Position numbers and translations under genes: made by a program
The notes under the pieces: generated by a model
What the model was told of the DNA's origin: nothing
Database searches by the model: none
What the model saw: the letters and a program-made list of their open reading frames with translations, nothing else
In this document: in pieces, positions 49,134-60,613 of the stretch
How the letters are laid out: each line of letters begins with the position of its first letter
Numbering within the stretch: the first letter of the stretch is position 1
IMG/VR virus record: IMGVR_UViG_3300010397_000002
Coordinates: 1 to 64,000 of that record
DNA from: a virus
DNA length: 64,000 nucleotides
Strand: one strand, 5' to 3'

Positions 49134-49717
49134 TCCGAGGCTACGCCCGCGTTTCCACCCAACACCAAGACCTTGGCCGACAGATCCAAGACCTCAATCA
49201 ATACGGTTGTGAGATCATCTACCAAGAGAAGATTTCAGGCAAACTAAATAAGAGACCTGAGCTTGATAGGATGCTTGAAGAGATGCAAGCGGGTGACGTG
49301 ATTGTCATCCATAAGCTGGACCGACTAGGGCGCTCCCTTCAGCATTTGATTGAGCTTGTGAACACGTTCAAGGACCGAGGCGTTGACTTTATATCGCTCA
49401 AAGATAACTTCAACACCACCACCCCACAGGGCAAACTAATTTTCAATATCATGGGCTCCATCGCAGAGTTTGAGAGAGAGCTAATATTAGAGCGAGTGAA
49501 CAGTGGCATAAAGCACACTAAAATCCATGGCACTAAAACAGGACGGGCACATGGTAGGCCAGACAAAAGCAAGGACCCGAAAACTATTGAGGATGTTGTT
49601 AATTTATATCAATCTGATACAGCGATAACGGTTAAAGAAATTTCGGAAAAGATGAAGATTAGCAGACCAACTGTTTATAAAATTTTGAGGCAAAACACCG
49701 AATTAGTCATTCGTTAA
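49130..49717 (+). CDS. Small serine recombinase (resolvase/invertase)
   Basis: GYARVST..Q, KLDRLGRS, AEFERELI.ER..G, GRP, C-terminal HTH ISRPTVYK. Confidence 0.92.
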   Translation: MIRGYARVSTQHQDLGRQIQDLNQYGCEIIYQEKISGKLNKRPELDRMLEEMQAGDVIVIHKLDRLGRSLQHLIELVNTFKDRGVDFISLKDNFNTTTPQGKLIFNIMGSIAEFERELILERVNSGIKHTKIHGTKTGRAHGRPDKSKDPKTIEDVVNLYQSDTAITVKEISEKMKISRPTVYKILRQNTELVIR

Positions 49718-49777
49718 ACAAAAACTTTATACCTAATAATCAGGTATTTAACTAATAATTGTTACATAGTGCATTAG

Positions 49778-49802
49778 ATAGTGATATATATTACTATATT
49801 TG
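49778..49802 (+). promoter_or_regulatory. Operator-like palindrome, copy 5, overlapping a TATATTTG -7 box
   Basis: ATAGTGATATATATTACTAT; 25-nt identity (reverse complement) to 23062-23086. Confidence 0.7.
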
Positions 49803-49826
49803 AACAAGCAAAACAAAAAACTCTTT

Positions 49827-49923
49827 ATGGAAACACATTGATTTGGAGCCAGGGACCTACGAATTTACGATTCAGAACGCATACAATCCTTTCAAGAAAG
49901 TATTTGAAAGAGTGATTGACTAA
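49827..49923 (+). pseudogene. Truncated gene remnant
   Basis: METH* in frame; another frame gives HIDLEPGTYEFTIQNAYNPFKKVFERVID*, resembling a C-terminal fragment. Confidence 0.35.
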
Positions 49924-49929
49924 AAATAC

Positions 49930-49995
49930 AAACTAAGCCCGGGCGCGAGAGTTTTTGAAGAGGGTCTTTTTCTCTCGTTGCCCGCTTAGTTTTTT
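49930..49995 (+). terminator. Long hairpin/terminator
   Basis: AAACTAAGC..GGGC.GCGAGAG pairs with CTCTCGT.GCCC.GCTTAGTTT, followed by a T-run. Confidence 0.6.
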
Positions 49996-50016
49996 ATCAA
50001 CTAAAATCTAATAATT

Positions 50017-52935
50017 ATGAAAGTAGGCGACATCACCCGCACAGTAATCTCTACCTCTAAAAAACTAAGAGGAGAATCAGAGGTAGTATACAAAACATAC
50101 CTCGGCCAGCACAAAGGCAAGGCTCGGTATAGTTCGAAGACCAAGCATGAGAAGGTTAAAGCGAACTTATAGTATTCTCATTAAATCGATAAATGAATGC
50201 AAAAGACATCTTGGTTAGAATTCTATAATGAAATGATTGTGTTGGATGAAATGCCATATAATGGTATTTGTCCAAACCTATGGAAAAATTATTCACACGA
50301 AATGGAGACTGATCTGATACTTTATATGAAACCGGAAGATACTAGTTACTTTAACTATTGGGCTGACCCTGAATCTAACAAAAAAGAATTCTCGCCTCAG
50401 CGTCAAAACATAGTACTATTAATGGCGGCACTAAATAATGAATTATGAAACACAACATAATCAAAACCGATTCCATACACATTGCTCTTGACTTGATGCA
50501 AAGCGCAGAGGTTAATCTGTCTGTACATTGGAGTTGGAGATATTTTAAATTCATCTATCACATTGAGTTTCTGGCAGCTTAAATATTTCATTATGAAATT
50601 TAAAACTTTTATTAAAGAAACAATGCACTTAAGACGTAGTATGTCGGGTGTTTCCCTTGATTTTGGATGGGGTAATGGATATGTATGTATTCCGAACTGG
50701 CATCCATTTTATGGGCTTGGTTATGATGATATTCACGATATCGCAGAAATAAGCATAAATGGAGGGCTAACATTTTCATCTCACGCAAAAGATATTGCAA
50801 ATTGGCCAGAACTTCCTAAAGATTGTACAGATCATTGGGTCATTGGATTTGATACTGCACATTATCGTGATACCCTTTTGGAATGGCCAATTAATGCTGT
50901 GCAGTTAGCTGCGGATAATTTAGCATTGCAGATATCTTCTTTAAACATCATTGTTTTGTGGTACAGAAGAATCAAGTTGTTGTTTTTAAAATGGATACAT
51001 AATAAAACCGCATGAAAGCACAAACAATCATAACCGTTTTCTCTTGCGTCATTCTCCTTCTGATAGGATTCTTTATAGGCTTTGCCTGGGGTTCATATTC
51101 AAATTATCATCTGGTAGTAGAGCCAGATAAAGGTAGAACAGGATACACTGTGATTGATCATGATAGTGTGGAGTGGAGCGATGGGAAAAGAGAGAAGTAT
51201 AATTGGCATGTGCATACAAGGAAACATAAAGCAAAATAAATTATGAAAAAATTCAAATATCCTCTTGCTATTGAAGGCACAAAAGAACAGTTAGCCAATC
51301 TGGAACCATTGTTAATTTCTTTAGGATACATGATGGTAAATGAATGTAGGCAATATAAACATTCTTCTCCGTGGCTATTAACACGTTTTGGCGTACACCG
51401 TTACCACATAGGATATAATCAAACCCGAGCAAATCATTTAGTAGTCAATGCCTCCAATCCAGACCTTGTATTAGCATTGGCGGCAATGGTTGATGATGGT
51501 GAATTTTATGAAGGTGAGATTGTAAAATATATTGGTAATGATCATAGATGGTGTACGGCTGTTAGTGGAGGACAAGGGAATACATTCATAGTTGATAAAC
51601 AAACAGGCAGAAAGGAATATCTATATGTTAAACCACCTCCAAATGCGATTTGCAATACACCAAATACTTATATTCATCATTTCTGCAAGGCAACAAAAGA
51701 AGAAATTATACAACATTTCACTAAACATACTGATCCCACGGAAAAGAAAATTATTGGATATAAAGTCGTAACAAATATTTTACGATGGGATTACGGAACT
51801 GTCCTAGTAAAACAAAGTACAGGACAATGGGCACCTGAAGGAGCTAGGCCGGGACAAGAATGCGTTAGCAATAATCATTTATTACTTGAAAAAGATCTCT
51901 TTGATCCTGTGTACGAAGAAGAAATAAAGATTATAACTCTCCGTTGTGAAGGAGGAACATTTGAGATTGAGGTGAGTAAGAAAGGGATTTATTATAAACC
52001 GGAGGATGTTTACTTAAGTCTCATTCTATTGAGAAAAGCTATTGATAATAAAATTATGGTTAGTTCTACCAATAAAGACTATTCATTTGTGCCATCACAT
52101 ATAAACTCCGGTTGCAAAAAATCGGTTCCGGTATGTGATTGGGTTAAAGTTCTTGACGCTTACGATGATATAAGCAAATGATCAAACTCCCATCTCTATA
52201 CGCCCTAAAAAAACAACCTCCAACACAAGACATTGTGTATGTCAAAACGGTTAATAAACTTTACCGGTACATTGATGGTGAATGGATTGAGAGAGCATAT
52301 TATACCAATGCTGAGTGTGCGGATATACTAGGGATTAAAGTTGATCGGATGAACCGCATATTCAATAGACTTGGTGTGAATAAGAAATTATACAAGACCG
52401 TAAACTTAAATTACGAACAACTTATTTTGCTTGTGAAGATTTTGAAAATGAAGAAAGAAAATCCTCAGTTGAGGTATAAGGATATAAAACTAAAAATGAA
52501 GTTATAAATATGTTCAACACGACCCACATCCATAATACAAAAGACAGACTAGTTCCTTATGAAAAGACAGTTACTGTTACTGAACATCGGGCGCCAACTG
52601 ATCATTCTGTAGAATTACTGAATGAATTCACTGAGAAGGCGAAGCAAAACATTATTGATACAATTCATATTAAGAACAACGTTATAGAATGCGTTGTTGT
52701 GTATTACTCAGATGATCTTTTGAAGGATAGAATTAATTTCTGGCTTAGATTCAAACTCAACGATAAAGAATATAAGTTAAATGGCGATATCGAAAAAACT
52801 GAATTAATGGAAGTTCACTCTGCGCATGGACTCAGAGTTCAAAAAGTTTTTGATCTTTTAGTAAAAAAGTATTCAGAGATAATAGCTATTGAAATACTCA
52901 AACAAACTCCACAATCACATCAAATATTCTCATGA
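50017..52935 (+). CDS. Run of hypothetical genes (50017-50172, 50197-50448, ~50593-51015, 51012-51239 TM, 51243-52181, 52178-52507 HTH-like, 52510-52935)
   Basis: Closely packed + ORFs. Confidence 0.55.
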
Positions 52936-53510
52936 AAGACATCATCAAACAAGAACTCCAACAAGCCAGCGATGTGCTGAATAAATTCATGGCCGATGAA
53001 GTGAATATTCAAACCATTTGGAATGCCGCTGATGTTATGCGTCATGCTATCAAGTATGGAAAAAAAGTTATTTCATGTGGTAACGGAGGTTCTATGGCTG
53101 ATGCTATGCATTTCGCAAGTGAACTAACTGGCAGGTATCGACATACAAGACGACCATTTAAAGCAATGGCAATTAGCGATCCTTGCTACATTAGCTGCGT
53201 TGCAAATGACTTTGGGTATGAAAATATATTCCACAGATGGATTATGGCATTTGGCGAGCCAGGTGATGTTTTACTCGCCATTAGCACAAGTGGTCAATCA
53301 GAGAATATAATTAAGGCTATTCATGCTGCTCACGATAAGGATATGCATATAGTTTTCCTCACTGGTAAAGAAGGAGGATCAGTTAGGCCAATATTAGATA
53401 TTAATGATATTGAGATAAATGTAGACCATATTGGATATGCTGATCGCATCCAAGAATGTCATATCAAAATCATCCACATTTTAGTTCATTTAATCGAGCA
53501 AGGAATATGA
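52932..53510 (+). CDS. gmhA: Phosphoheptose (sedoheptulose-7-phosphate) isomerase
   Basis: SCGNGGSMADAMHFASELTGRY, NDFGYENIF, ISTSGQSENI, ADRIQECHIKIIH. Confidence 0.93.
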   Translation: MKDIIKQELQQASDVLNKFMADEVNIQTIWNAADVMRHAIKYGKKVISCGNGGSMADAMHFASELTGRYRHTRRPFKAMAISDPCYISCVANDFGYENIFHRWIMAFGEPGDVLLAISTSGQSENIIKAIHAAHDKDMHIVFLTGKEGGSVRPILDINDIEINVDHIGYADRIQECHIKIIHILVHLIEQGI

Positions 53511-54336
53511 CAAACCATGACTTTAAACTCTTATCGAAACAGAACCAAATCCATCTCACCGTATTTGATGCAACTTATTTATGCTCCAGAGAAGTGAATG
53601 GATGTAGCGTATGCCTTTATTATTACGAAGGATTGTTCATCGAGGTATATCACATTAATTCAGAGCACGTAGATGTGATGCTTAACTCTTTTACAGGAAG
53701 CGTTCCTCTTGATTATTATTTGGATAGTATTGATTTGGAATTTTTAATGGATTAAATCCTTATGAGGCACGAAGATTACAAATTAATTCCGTTTAATGAT
53801 ATATCGGACGATGCGCGTAAAATTGCCGTGGATTGGTTTGAATATAAGCCAATGGGTTTTGATCTACACAATAGGCATAAACTTGCAAGTGATATTATGA
53901 ACTACTCAAATGTTCAGCTTGCAGAATATAAGACGAAACTTAAAAAAGCAATATCTAATTCAATTGATGGGACACTAGAAGCAAACACATTTTATCTACA
54001 CAAAGATTTTATTGAAACAATTATTGATGCCTTATGAAAAAACGATTCCATGACGGTGAAGAGGTTGTGTGCGTTGACAGAAATATGTTTCCGAACTCAA
54101 TTACTGGTATGTATGCGCCAGACTTATCGTATAAAGGAAAGTATATTATAGATCAATATGATAACTTCCGTGATGGTCATTGGTGGCTAAAAATAATAGG
54201 TATTCAAGATGGCGCTGTGTATTCAGAAAATAGTTTTTGTAAACTTACTGAAGCTACCGAACGATTTGAATCGCATATAAGAGAAGACTTATTTGTGCAA
54301 CACATGAAAACTTTACGCTATGAAAAGACAAGATAG
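53507..54336 (+). CDS. Three small hypothetical genes (~53507-53755, 53762-54037, 54034-54336)
   Basis: Consecutive ORFs. Confidence 0.55.
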
Positions 54337-54428
54337 ATACTACGCAAAGAAAATGTTACAAAGACATGCTGGATGTAGAACAACTATGATTATTTTATTC
54401 GTATTAATAATGATGGCTATCGTTTCTT

Positions 54429-55349
54429 TTATTTGCAGTGTTGTTTAGCCCATTGCCACCAAATAAGATTAGCCGTTTCAGTTACGGAAGCACGTATTAT
54501 ATTTTCATTTAAATTTCCTGTTCTGATTAAGAAGTCACAAGCAAGCTGTTCATCAGATGATTTAAAAGGATCAACCTCTCTTTCACTTGCCCATTGTTGA
54601 ATGAACTTAGGTAGCTTCTCTTGGATTGGTTCTACATCTGCTGGTGAGAATCCAAATTTCCAGCAATCAAAGCCATCAACACAATCATGTATTCTTTTGT
54701 CGGCTTCACCGAATAGGAATATGTCTTCTTGGATGTGTTTAATTTTTACGAGGTGTTTGTGTTTGTCGCGGACGAAGCCGGTATGATAAATACGGATATC
54801 ATTTAAAAAATCAGGCGAAGCTGATGGCATAAGTCCTAAGCTTTCAGCATCTCCTACACACCTGTATTTAGTTTTAGCAAGACGAATGACGTGTGTGCTT
54901 ACTGGTTTCCTTTCATTTGATACGTTAAGCACAGTATAGGAACTCGCCCAGCAATTCAATCTATGGCAAAAGAATGACTCCTCATCAGTTTCAATTGCTT
55001 GTCGTATGGCATTGGCGCAAGACTCATGAACGCACTCGTCTGATTGAACGTATAGGTTATAATCGGATGTTAAATTATCGATAGCTTTATTCGAGAAGTA
55101 AGAAAGCTTTTCTCTCCCTTGTTGTGAGGCCCATTCTTCTTCACTTATTGGATAAAGAAATATAGGCTTTAATGGAGATGGTAATGATCTTATCCAATTA
55201 TAAACTTCTTCGTTAGTTCCATCCGTACCCCCATAAGCAATGGATATCTGATCACATAGTTCGTAAATACAATTGAATGTTTCTATAAAGCTATAGTCTT
55301 GAGATATCCCATTATAAACGAAGCTGCTTCCACCTAAAGTTATGGCCAT
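54429..55349 (-). CDS. Glycosyltransferase, GT-A/GT2-like
   Basis: YNGISQDYSFIE...LCDQI...GTDGT, YVQSDEC, IYHTGFVR. Confidence 0.75.
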   Translation of the reverse strand: MAITLGGSSFVYNGISQDYSFIETFNCIYELCDQISIAYGGTDGTNEEVYNWIRSLPSPLKPIFLYPISEEEWASQQGREKLSYFSNKAIDNLTSDYNLYVQSDECVHESCANAIRQAIETDEESFFCHRLNCWASSYTVLNVSNERKPVSTHVIRLAKTKYRCVGDAESLGLMPSASPDFLNDIRIYHTGFVRDKHKHLVKIKHIQEDIFLFGEADKRIHDCVDGFDCWKFGFSPADVEPIQEKLPKFIQQWASEREVDPFKSSDEQLACDFLIRTGNLNENIIRASVTETANLIWWQWAKQHCK

Positions 55350-55351
55350 AA

Positions 55352-55858
55352 TTACAATTGATTTATATTAGCAAATTCCCCATGATGCATAAGAGCCAAT
55401 TCATTATATTTTTTGGCAACATCTATAGCTGTTTCAAAATATCCTGCATGAATATGGATACGATTAACCTTAATTTGACATTGAAATTTTCTCTTATCAG
55501 GTCTCCATGAAACGCCTTTATATCCACTTTTATTCCATTTTTTCTTAGGCATATTATACATATTTTGAGAACCGTTTACGATTCTTAAATTCTGCCTAGT
55601 ATTATTTAATCCATTCATGTCTTTATGATCGATAGATTGAGAGGGGAATCCCATTATTAATCTATGCATTCTAAATTTTTTAGTATTTTTTCTACCACCA
55701 ATCTGAGTGGAGGCATATTTAATTGTTACTTCACCGCTATATCTTGATTTATAACAACTTAAAGTCCAAGTATACCCAGAAACCAATTCGTAATCTTCAT
55801 CATCAACCATCACCTCATGCCTCCCATACTTAGGAGAATTAATTACAATCACTTTCAT
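55352..55858 (-). CDS. HNH-AP2 homing endonuclease
   Basis: MHRLIMG...IDHKDMNGLNN...NLR; SGYKGVSW...HGEFA. Confidence 0.88.
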   Translation of the reverse strand: MKVIVINSPKYGRHEVMVDDEDYELVSGYTWTLSCYKSRYSGEVTIKYASTQIGGRKNTKKFRMHRLIMGFPSQSIDHKDMNGLNNTRQNLRIVNGSQNMYNMPKKKWNKSGYKGVSWRPDKRKFQCQIKVNRIHIHAGYFETAIDVAKKYNELALMHHGEFANINQL

Positions 55859-56463
55859 GCCGCAGTATTTTTATAAAGGGCTATATTGCCCATAGTCTTC
55901 ACCTCTTCAAGCTGCGGATGCTTAGCAATGGCCGGTAATACACCGGGCCCAAACTGACTAAGAATATCATCAAAAGCGAACCACTTAATTTTCAGATCAA
56001 GCGCAAGTTTAATGTCGGCCATGACGTGGTGTTCGAGATGGCCCCCATCGATAAACGCGAGGTCATACTTACGATAACACACATCTGGAAATACCTGAGC
56101 GCTGTCTTTTATAACAACATGAATCCGAGTATTGAATTGTTCGAACAATAATTCAGCGGCCCGCATCGTTTCTGCCTTATCACTTATATCAACAGATACA
56201 AGTGTAGCATCAGTCAAATTAAGCCAAATAGATGCCGAGTACCCGAGGTTAAAACCAATTTCTAGAATTGACTTAGGTTTCACAATATCGACAATCTCCC
56301 GAAAGCATCTCACAGAGTGAGGTCCAACACCCCAAGGTATTCTTTCACCTTTAGCATCAAATCCAGTTCCACTAAATCCTTCTACACCAGGTAATCCAGC
56401 GGTGCATTTATGGAAGAAGGCAATATCCTCATTAGAGGCGTACATTAATTCTTGTTCGGTCAT
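55855..56463 (-). CDS. Class I SAM-dependent methyltransferase (Methyltransf_24-like)
   Basis: ILEIGFNLGYSA, SVDI, YDLAFIDGGH, FDD. Confidence 0.85.
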   Translation of the reverse strand: MTEQELMYASNEDIAFFHKCTAGLPGVEGFSGTGFDAKGERIPWGVGPHSVRCFREIVDIVKPKSILEIGFNLGYSASIWLNLTDATLVSVDISDKAETMRAAELLFEQFNTRIHVVIKDSAQVFPDVCYRKYDLAFIDGGHLEHHVMADIKLALDLKIKWFAFDDILSQFGPGVLPAIAKHPQLEEVKTMGNIALYKNTAA

Positions 56464-56648
56464 TTTGAAAGTCTTATTAAGTTTTTTCTTAGTATTTGTA
56501 ATGTGGCAACATGGCCATCTCTTTGAATAAAATGTTCTGGAATAGGATTTTTACGCCACTTTCTATCAAATAAATACAGAGCACCTTTCTGAAAGGCAAT
56601 GCGCTTTTTCGTTTCCGCTATTTTTCTTTTGATGTAATTACAAGTCAT
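56460..56648 (-). CDS. Small basic hypothetical protein
   Basis: 62 aa, coupled. Confidence 0.5.
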   Translation of the reverse strand: MTCNYIKRKIAETKKRIAFQKGALYLFDRKWRKNPIPEHFIQRDGHVATLQILRKNLIRLSK

Positions 56649-57193
56649 AATTTTCTTAGTATAACGAAGAAACTATAGCAATTAGGACGTAAATCCATTC
56701 CCGAATCAATTAATTCAAAAATCTTCGGCAAGTGATTTCCTTTGAAGTCTTTCCCTTCTCCGCAGAAGGCGCGTTTAATCCAAAACATGAATGGTTCATA
56801 TTTCATATCTACCATGTGTTCAGGATTCTCTTTATTGTCGTAGTGGTCTCCGTCTGGAAGATAGAGTATCATGTGTCCTCCTGGCTTCAACATCATTTCC
56901 CACATCTTAATAGTACCATGTTGATCAGGCATATGCTCCAAAAAATGACTAGAGTATATGGTGTCAAATACATTTATAAAATGATTATCTTTTCTATGCA
57001 TTCTAACCTTCTCCCAAATATCTTCATGTTCACACACAACATCAACACCGGGTAGTAATCTGCCATCAACCCCTGTGGCCTCTGGAGTAATCTTGTGATC
57101 ACCAGACCCAATATCTAAAATGTCTCCAGTAATATACTGCATCACTTGCGGTAGGTCTAGAACCTTATCTGTCTCCGATCTATAATCCCTCAT
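56645..57193 (-). CDS. Class I SAM-dependent methyltransferase (Methyltransf_11-like)
   Basis: LDIGSG, FDTIYSSHFLEH, LKPGGHMILYLP. Confidence 0.85.
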   Translation of the reverse strand: MRDYRSETDKVLDLPQVMQYITGDILDIGSGDHKITPEATGVDGRLLPGVDVVCEHEDIWEKVRMHRKDNHFINVFDTIYSSHFLEHMPDQHGTIKMWEMMLKPGGHMILYLPDGDHYDNKENPEHMVDMKYEPFMFWIKRAFCGEGKDFKGNHLPKIFELIDSGMDLRPNCYSFFVILRKL

Positions 57194-57501
57194 TTTTCAT
57201 TTTCTTTACGTAATTCTATTCCCCTCTTAATTAAGAGTTCGCCTATTTGAATAGCTTGTACAGAGGTAAATCCTATCCAATGGACTTGTTTACCAAAATC
57301 AATAACTACAGTTCCGTTTGTCTTAGTAATACCTATTGCAATTTCGCCCTCATCATTAGCGTTTAGTTTGCCATTAGGAAAACTTCCTGTTGGTCCTAAT
57401 ACGTCAGATATAGTTCCCTCTTTTTGTTTTATGAATTGTTTCATAAAATCAGAATCAAAAGGTTCTTGCTTGTAAAATGGTTGGTCTCCGTGATGTGCCA
57501 T
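57190..57501 (-). CDS. Hypothetical phage protein
   Basis: LGPTGSFPNGKLNANDEGEI...VIDFGK.V.WIG. Confidence 0.6.
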   Translation of the reverse strand: MAHHGDQPFYKQEPFDSDFMKQFIKQKEGTISDVLGPTGSFPNGKLNANDEGEIAIGITKTNGTVVIDFGKQVHWIGFTSVQAIQIGELLIKRGIELRKENEK

Positions 57502-57506
57502 AACTT

Positions 57507-58898
57507 TTATTTTTTCCTGTTATATAAAATTACTTCTAATTTATTAATTACTGATTCAGTTGTATGCGTAATACAAGGAGGAGTTGCTTCCTGAACTTCA
57601 CATCCAACACCCTCAACACTGATCACGGAGTGATAGCACCCATCTTTTTTGATCGGGCATTCATTCTGGATGACATGGATGTTGCTTAGATCAGCATACC
57701 GTAGCTTAGCATCAACGCTGCCGAAGAAAATGATTGACTCTACGTTAAGACCAACTGATATTTGCGCCACGCCGCTATCAATACCGATGAAATAATCTGC
57801 ACCATTCAATAAATATAGCATTGAACTTTTATTATGTGCAACCCATCTCAGCCCTACTTTCTTTGATCCATTACCAACGCACAAAATATCATAACCATAA
57901 GCTTTAAACAAATTAGCCACCTCGTACCAATCCACCCCATGCACATTCCTATGATCCATCGCTGTGTCATCAATATGAAACACCACGTATTTCTCAAATA
58001 TTTTCGGCGCGGGGAAATTAAGCTTTGGATTTTTCAGTACACCATCAGTGATCCCGCACACTTCGTAATAAGACTTCAATACCAATTGCTTTGGATTAAC
58101 CTCATAGGCCATGTCCAGGTTAATGGTCTTAGCCTTAATGCCAGGATATTGCTGTACATGAAAGACAGGATAATGATGATGATCAAATAGACTGAAGAAC
58201 TCCGGCATCACGTCGATAATAACTCGATATCCATGATCGTTGAACCATGACATCACAGGCTCCATCATAATAATGTCACCCATGGCCGCTGTACGCTTCA
58301 GGATGATTGGTTCTTTGTAAGGAGGATGGAATTTACCGTGAAAGCCGAACGTGGGCTGCATGGGCTCATGGCATTCATAGGCGAATTGATGTGCAAGTTC
58401 CTCGGGAGCGAATTTTAATCCATCAAGCTCAAGAAGATTGCGATATAATCTACAAATTATTTCATCTTCAGGATGGTATGCCTCTGGTTCAGAAAGGACG
58501 TCGGACTGCATTAATCTTTTAGATCTCAAAGAGAACCCACCATTCCCAACATTCCTCCCATCCTTATAAAACCAAGGAGCGCCAATATAATCGTACTCTA
58601 AAAATTCATCCGTCCACACAGATCCATCGAGTACGTATCCATCGTTTTGAATTATAAGAACGTGAGATGTTATGATATATCTCCACAATTCCTTAACAAT
58701 AAATTTGGAATACTCCTCTTTAGAATTTATTCTTGGAATAACAATTGTTTCGAAGTTATCTGCTTTTAAAGGCTGATCGGTGAAGAAAATTACGCTATGC
58801 GGTGTTATTTGCTCAAGCGTTCGTGTGATTGCCATTATAGCTTCACCGTAGTTTACACAGTCGACGATGATGATGGTTACATTTGGAAGGTGCTTCAT
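57507..58898 (-). CDS. Two-domain glycosyltransferase: DUF5672-like GT-A + GT9 heptosyltransferase-like GT-B
   Basis: LIIQNDG...YDYIGAPW...VGNGGFSLRSK...PED; then LKRTAAMGDIIM..P, FIGIDSGVAQI...FFGS. Confidence 0.8.
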   Translation of the reverse strand: MKHLPNVTIIIVDCVNYGEAIMAITRTLEQITPHSVIFFTDQPLKADNFETIVIPRINSKEEYSKFIVKELWRYIITSHVLIIQNDGYVLDGSVWTDEFLEYDYIGAPWFYKDGRNVGNGGFSLRSKRLMQSDVLSEPEAYHPEDEIICRLYRNLLELDGLKFAPEELAHQFAYECHEPMQPTFGFHGKFHPPYKEPIILKRTAAMGDIIMMEPVMSWFNDHGYRVIIDVMPEFFSLFDHHHYPVFHVQQYPGIKAKTINLDMAYEVNPKQLVLKSYYEVCGITDGVLKNPKLNFPAPKIFEKYVVFHIDDTAMDHRNVHGVDWYEVANLFKAYGYDILCVGNGSKKVGLRWVAHNKSSMLYLLNGADYFIGIDSGVAQISVGLNVESIIFFGSVDAKLRYADLSNIHVIQNECPIKKDGCYHSVISVEGVGCEVQEATPPCITHTTESVINKLEVILYNRKK

Positions 58899-59421
58899 TT
58901 ATAAAGGATAGCTCGTGGAATATTATTTATATTAGAATATTTGACTTTTCTTCTTACAATTTTCCCCTCGATCATATCATCCTCCAAAATTTTCATATTC
59001 CCGCATTTACATATAAAAATTGTGTGTAATAAGAGATATGGACCATGATGATCTTGTGGAGATTTATTTGTTAATTTCCTGAAATGAATGCCTAATTTAC
59101 AAAGAATGCTCATTTTTAATTATTCAAATGAGGGTAATAAAATCTTAATCTTTGATATTCGTCCATTTGATCTCCATCAAGTTTACTTAATTCTGGATAC
59201 ACATTTCCAGATATATATAATGAATAGCACACGTACAAAAACATCTCTAACTCTTCTTCCTTGATCATGACTTGACCTTCATCTAAAGTATAAGACTCAG
59301 AAACGCTTGTTAGATACCATTTTAAATCCTTACGATTTTGCACTCTAACCGATGTTGAAATAGTTATTTGTTGTCCCTCTTTATTAATCTTAAGTTTTGG
59401 GTATATGTAATTTTTATACAT
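58895..59421 (-). CDS. Two small hypothetical genes (58895-59113, 59116-59421)
   Basis: ORF track. Confidence 0.5.
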
Positions 59422-59426
59422 GTTTT

Positions 59427-59810
59427 TTATTTTAATAGTTCTGGATTTTGATGGATGTTACCGATTACCTCTTTATTATTTACGTGAATCCATCCATTAG
59501 ATATACTTCCACATTCACGATCCGTTTTTAAATCAAATATCATAAATCTAGCTTCTGAATCAACCCATTTAACTATATGCCTACATGGTGATCCGTCTGA
59601 ATAAAGTGACTGTATAATATCTGAATCATAAATTTCTACTCGGTTTTTATCTTTAAGTCCGGTATACTGCATAAAAATAATATTGTCTTGCCAAGTGCGT
59701 TCAATAAGATGACTTCCATCATTAGGCTGTATGAATGTAGATATTTCTTGAAGGGTAAAAGTCTTATTCATCCCAGTGATGCCAAACGTTCTAAATTTTA
59801 ATTCCCTCAT
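59427..59810 (-). CDS. YopX family protein
   Basis: MRELKFR...MQYTGLKDKN..EIYDSDI...EVIGNIHQNPELL. Confidence 0.88.
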   Translation of the reverse strand: MRELKFRTFGITGMNKTFTLQEISTFIQPNDGSHLIERTWQDNIIFMQYTGLKDKNRVEIYDSDIIQSLYSDGSPCRHIVKWVDSEARFMIFDLKTDRECGSISNGWIHVNNKEVIGNIHQNPELLK

Positions 59811-60241
59811 TTCACTTCCCCAAAACAGTCCGCAAATCTCATGATCAAATACTTTACCTCATCAATAGTGAAGTCAGTACCGGCGTAGCTGCCGTAAGCA
59901 ATCTTCTGTCCTATATGCAAAGGCAATGCCTTTTCTTTACCTGGGCCGAAAGCAACTACAGTTCCAATCTTTGGCTTCTCTTTATTAATCAGTTCTTCAG
60001 GCTTGTACAAGCCACCCTTTGTCATGGTCTCAACAGGATCAGGATAAACAAGAATGCGATCCTCGTAGGGAGCGAACTTCTCCGTCATGAAGTCTACAGC
60101 GTTTTTCTTTTCTGTACTTTCCTGATGCCTTTTTGATAAGAACTCAGTTTTGTCCTGCATTTCTTTCTGCGACATCTGCTTCACCGCTTCTCTTTCTTCG
60201 TCAGTGAGTTTTGTGCCGGGCATTAAATACGTTTTTTGCAT
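59807..60241 (-). CDS. GroES-like co-chaperonin with N-terminal extension
   Basis: PYEDRILV...TKGGLY...GTVVAFGPG...GTDFTID...YLIMR. Confidence 0.8.
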   Translation of the reverse strand: MQKTYLMPGTKLTDEEREAVKQMSQKEMQDKTEFLSKRHQESTEKKNAVDFMTEKFAPYEDRILVYPDPVETMTKGGLYKPEELINKEKPKIGTVVAFGPGKEKALPLHIGQKIAYGSYAGTDFTIDEVKYLIMRFADCFGEVK

Positions 60242-60244
60242 AGG

Positions 60245-60613
60245 TTATTTTTGATTGATTGTTAATTCTTCTCCAGTTAATGCGTAAAAAAGATTCTGTA
60301 ATTGATGCACATAATAAATTCGTTCTGCTATCAGGGCTTTTAATACATAATTGAACATTGTATAGCTACCGCTTAAGTCACGCCATTGAAGATTCATTCT
60401 TGCGTCTCCATTTGGATATTTTTCATAAGATTTACATTCCTCATTCCATATCCAGCCAAACTTTATCAACCATTCTTCATTTAATGGAATGGGTTTTGGT
60501 TTTAAATAATCTGCAACCTGTTCAATAATTTCAAAATCTACAGCACTAACTTGAAAAATATCACCTGATAGATATTGAATATAATTTCCGAGCATTAATT
60601 CTGAGGCTTTCAT
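60245..60613 (-). CDS. Conserved Bacteroidota-phage hypothetical protein
   Basis: ASELMLGNY...PIPLNEEWLIKFG...YVHQLQNLFYALTGEEL. Confidence 0.7.
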   Translation of the reverse strand: MKASELMLGNYIQYLSGDIFQVSAVDFEIIEQVADYLKPKPIPLNEEWLIKFGWIWNEECKSYEKYPNGDARMNLQWRDLSGSYTMFNYVLKALIAERIYYVHQLQNLFYALTGEELTINQK

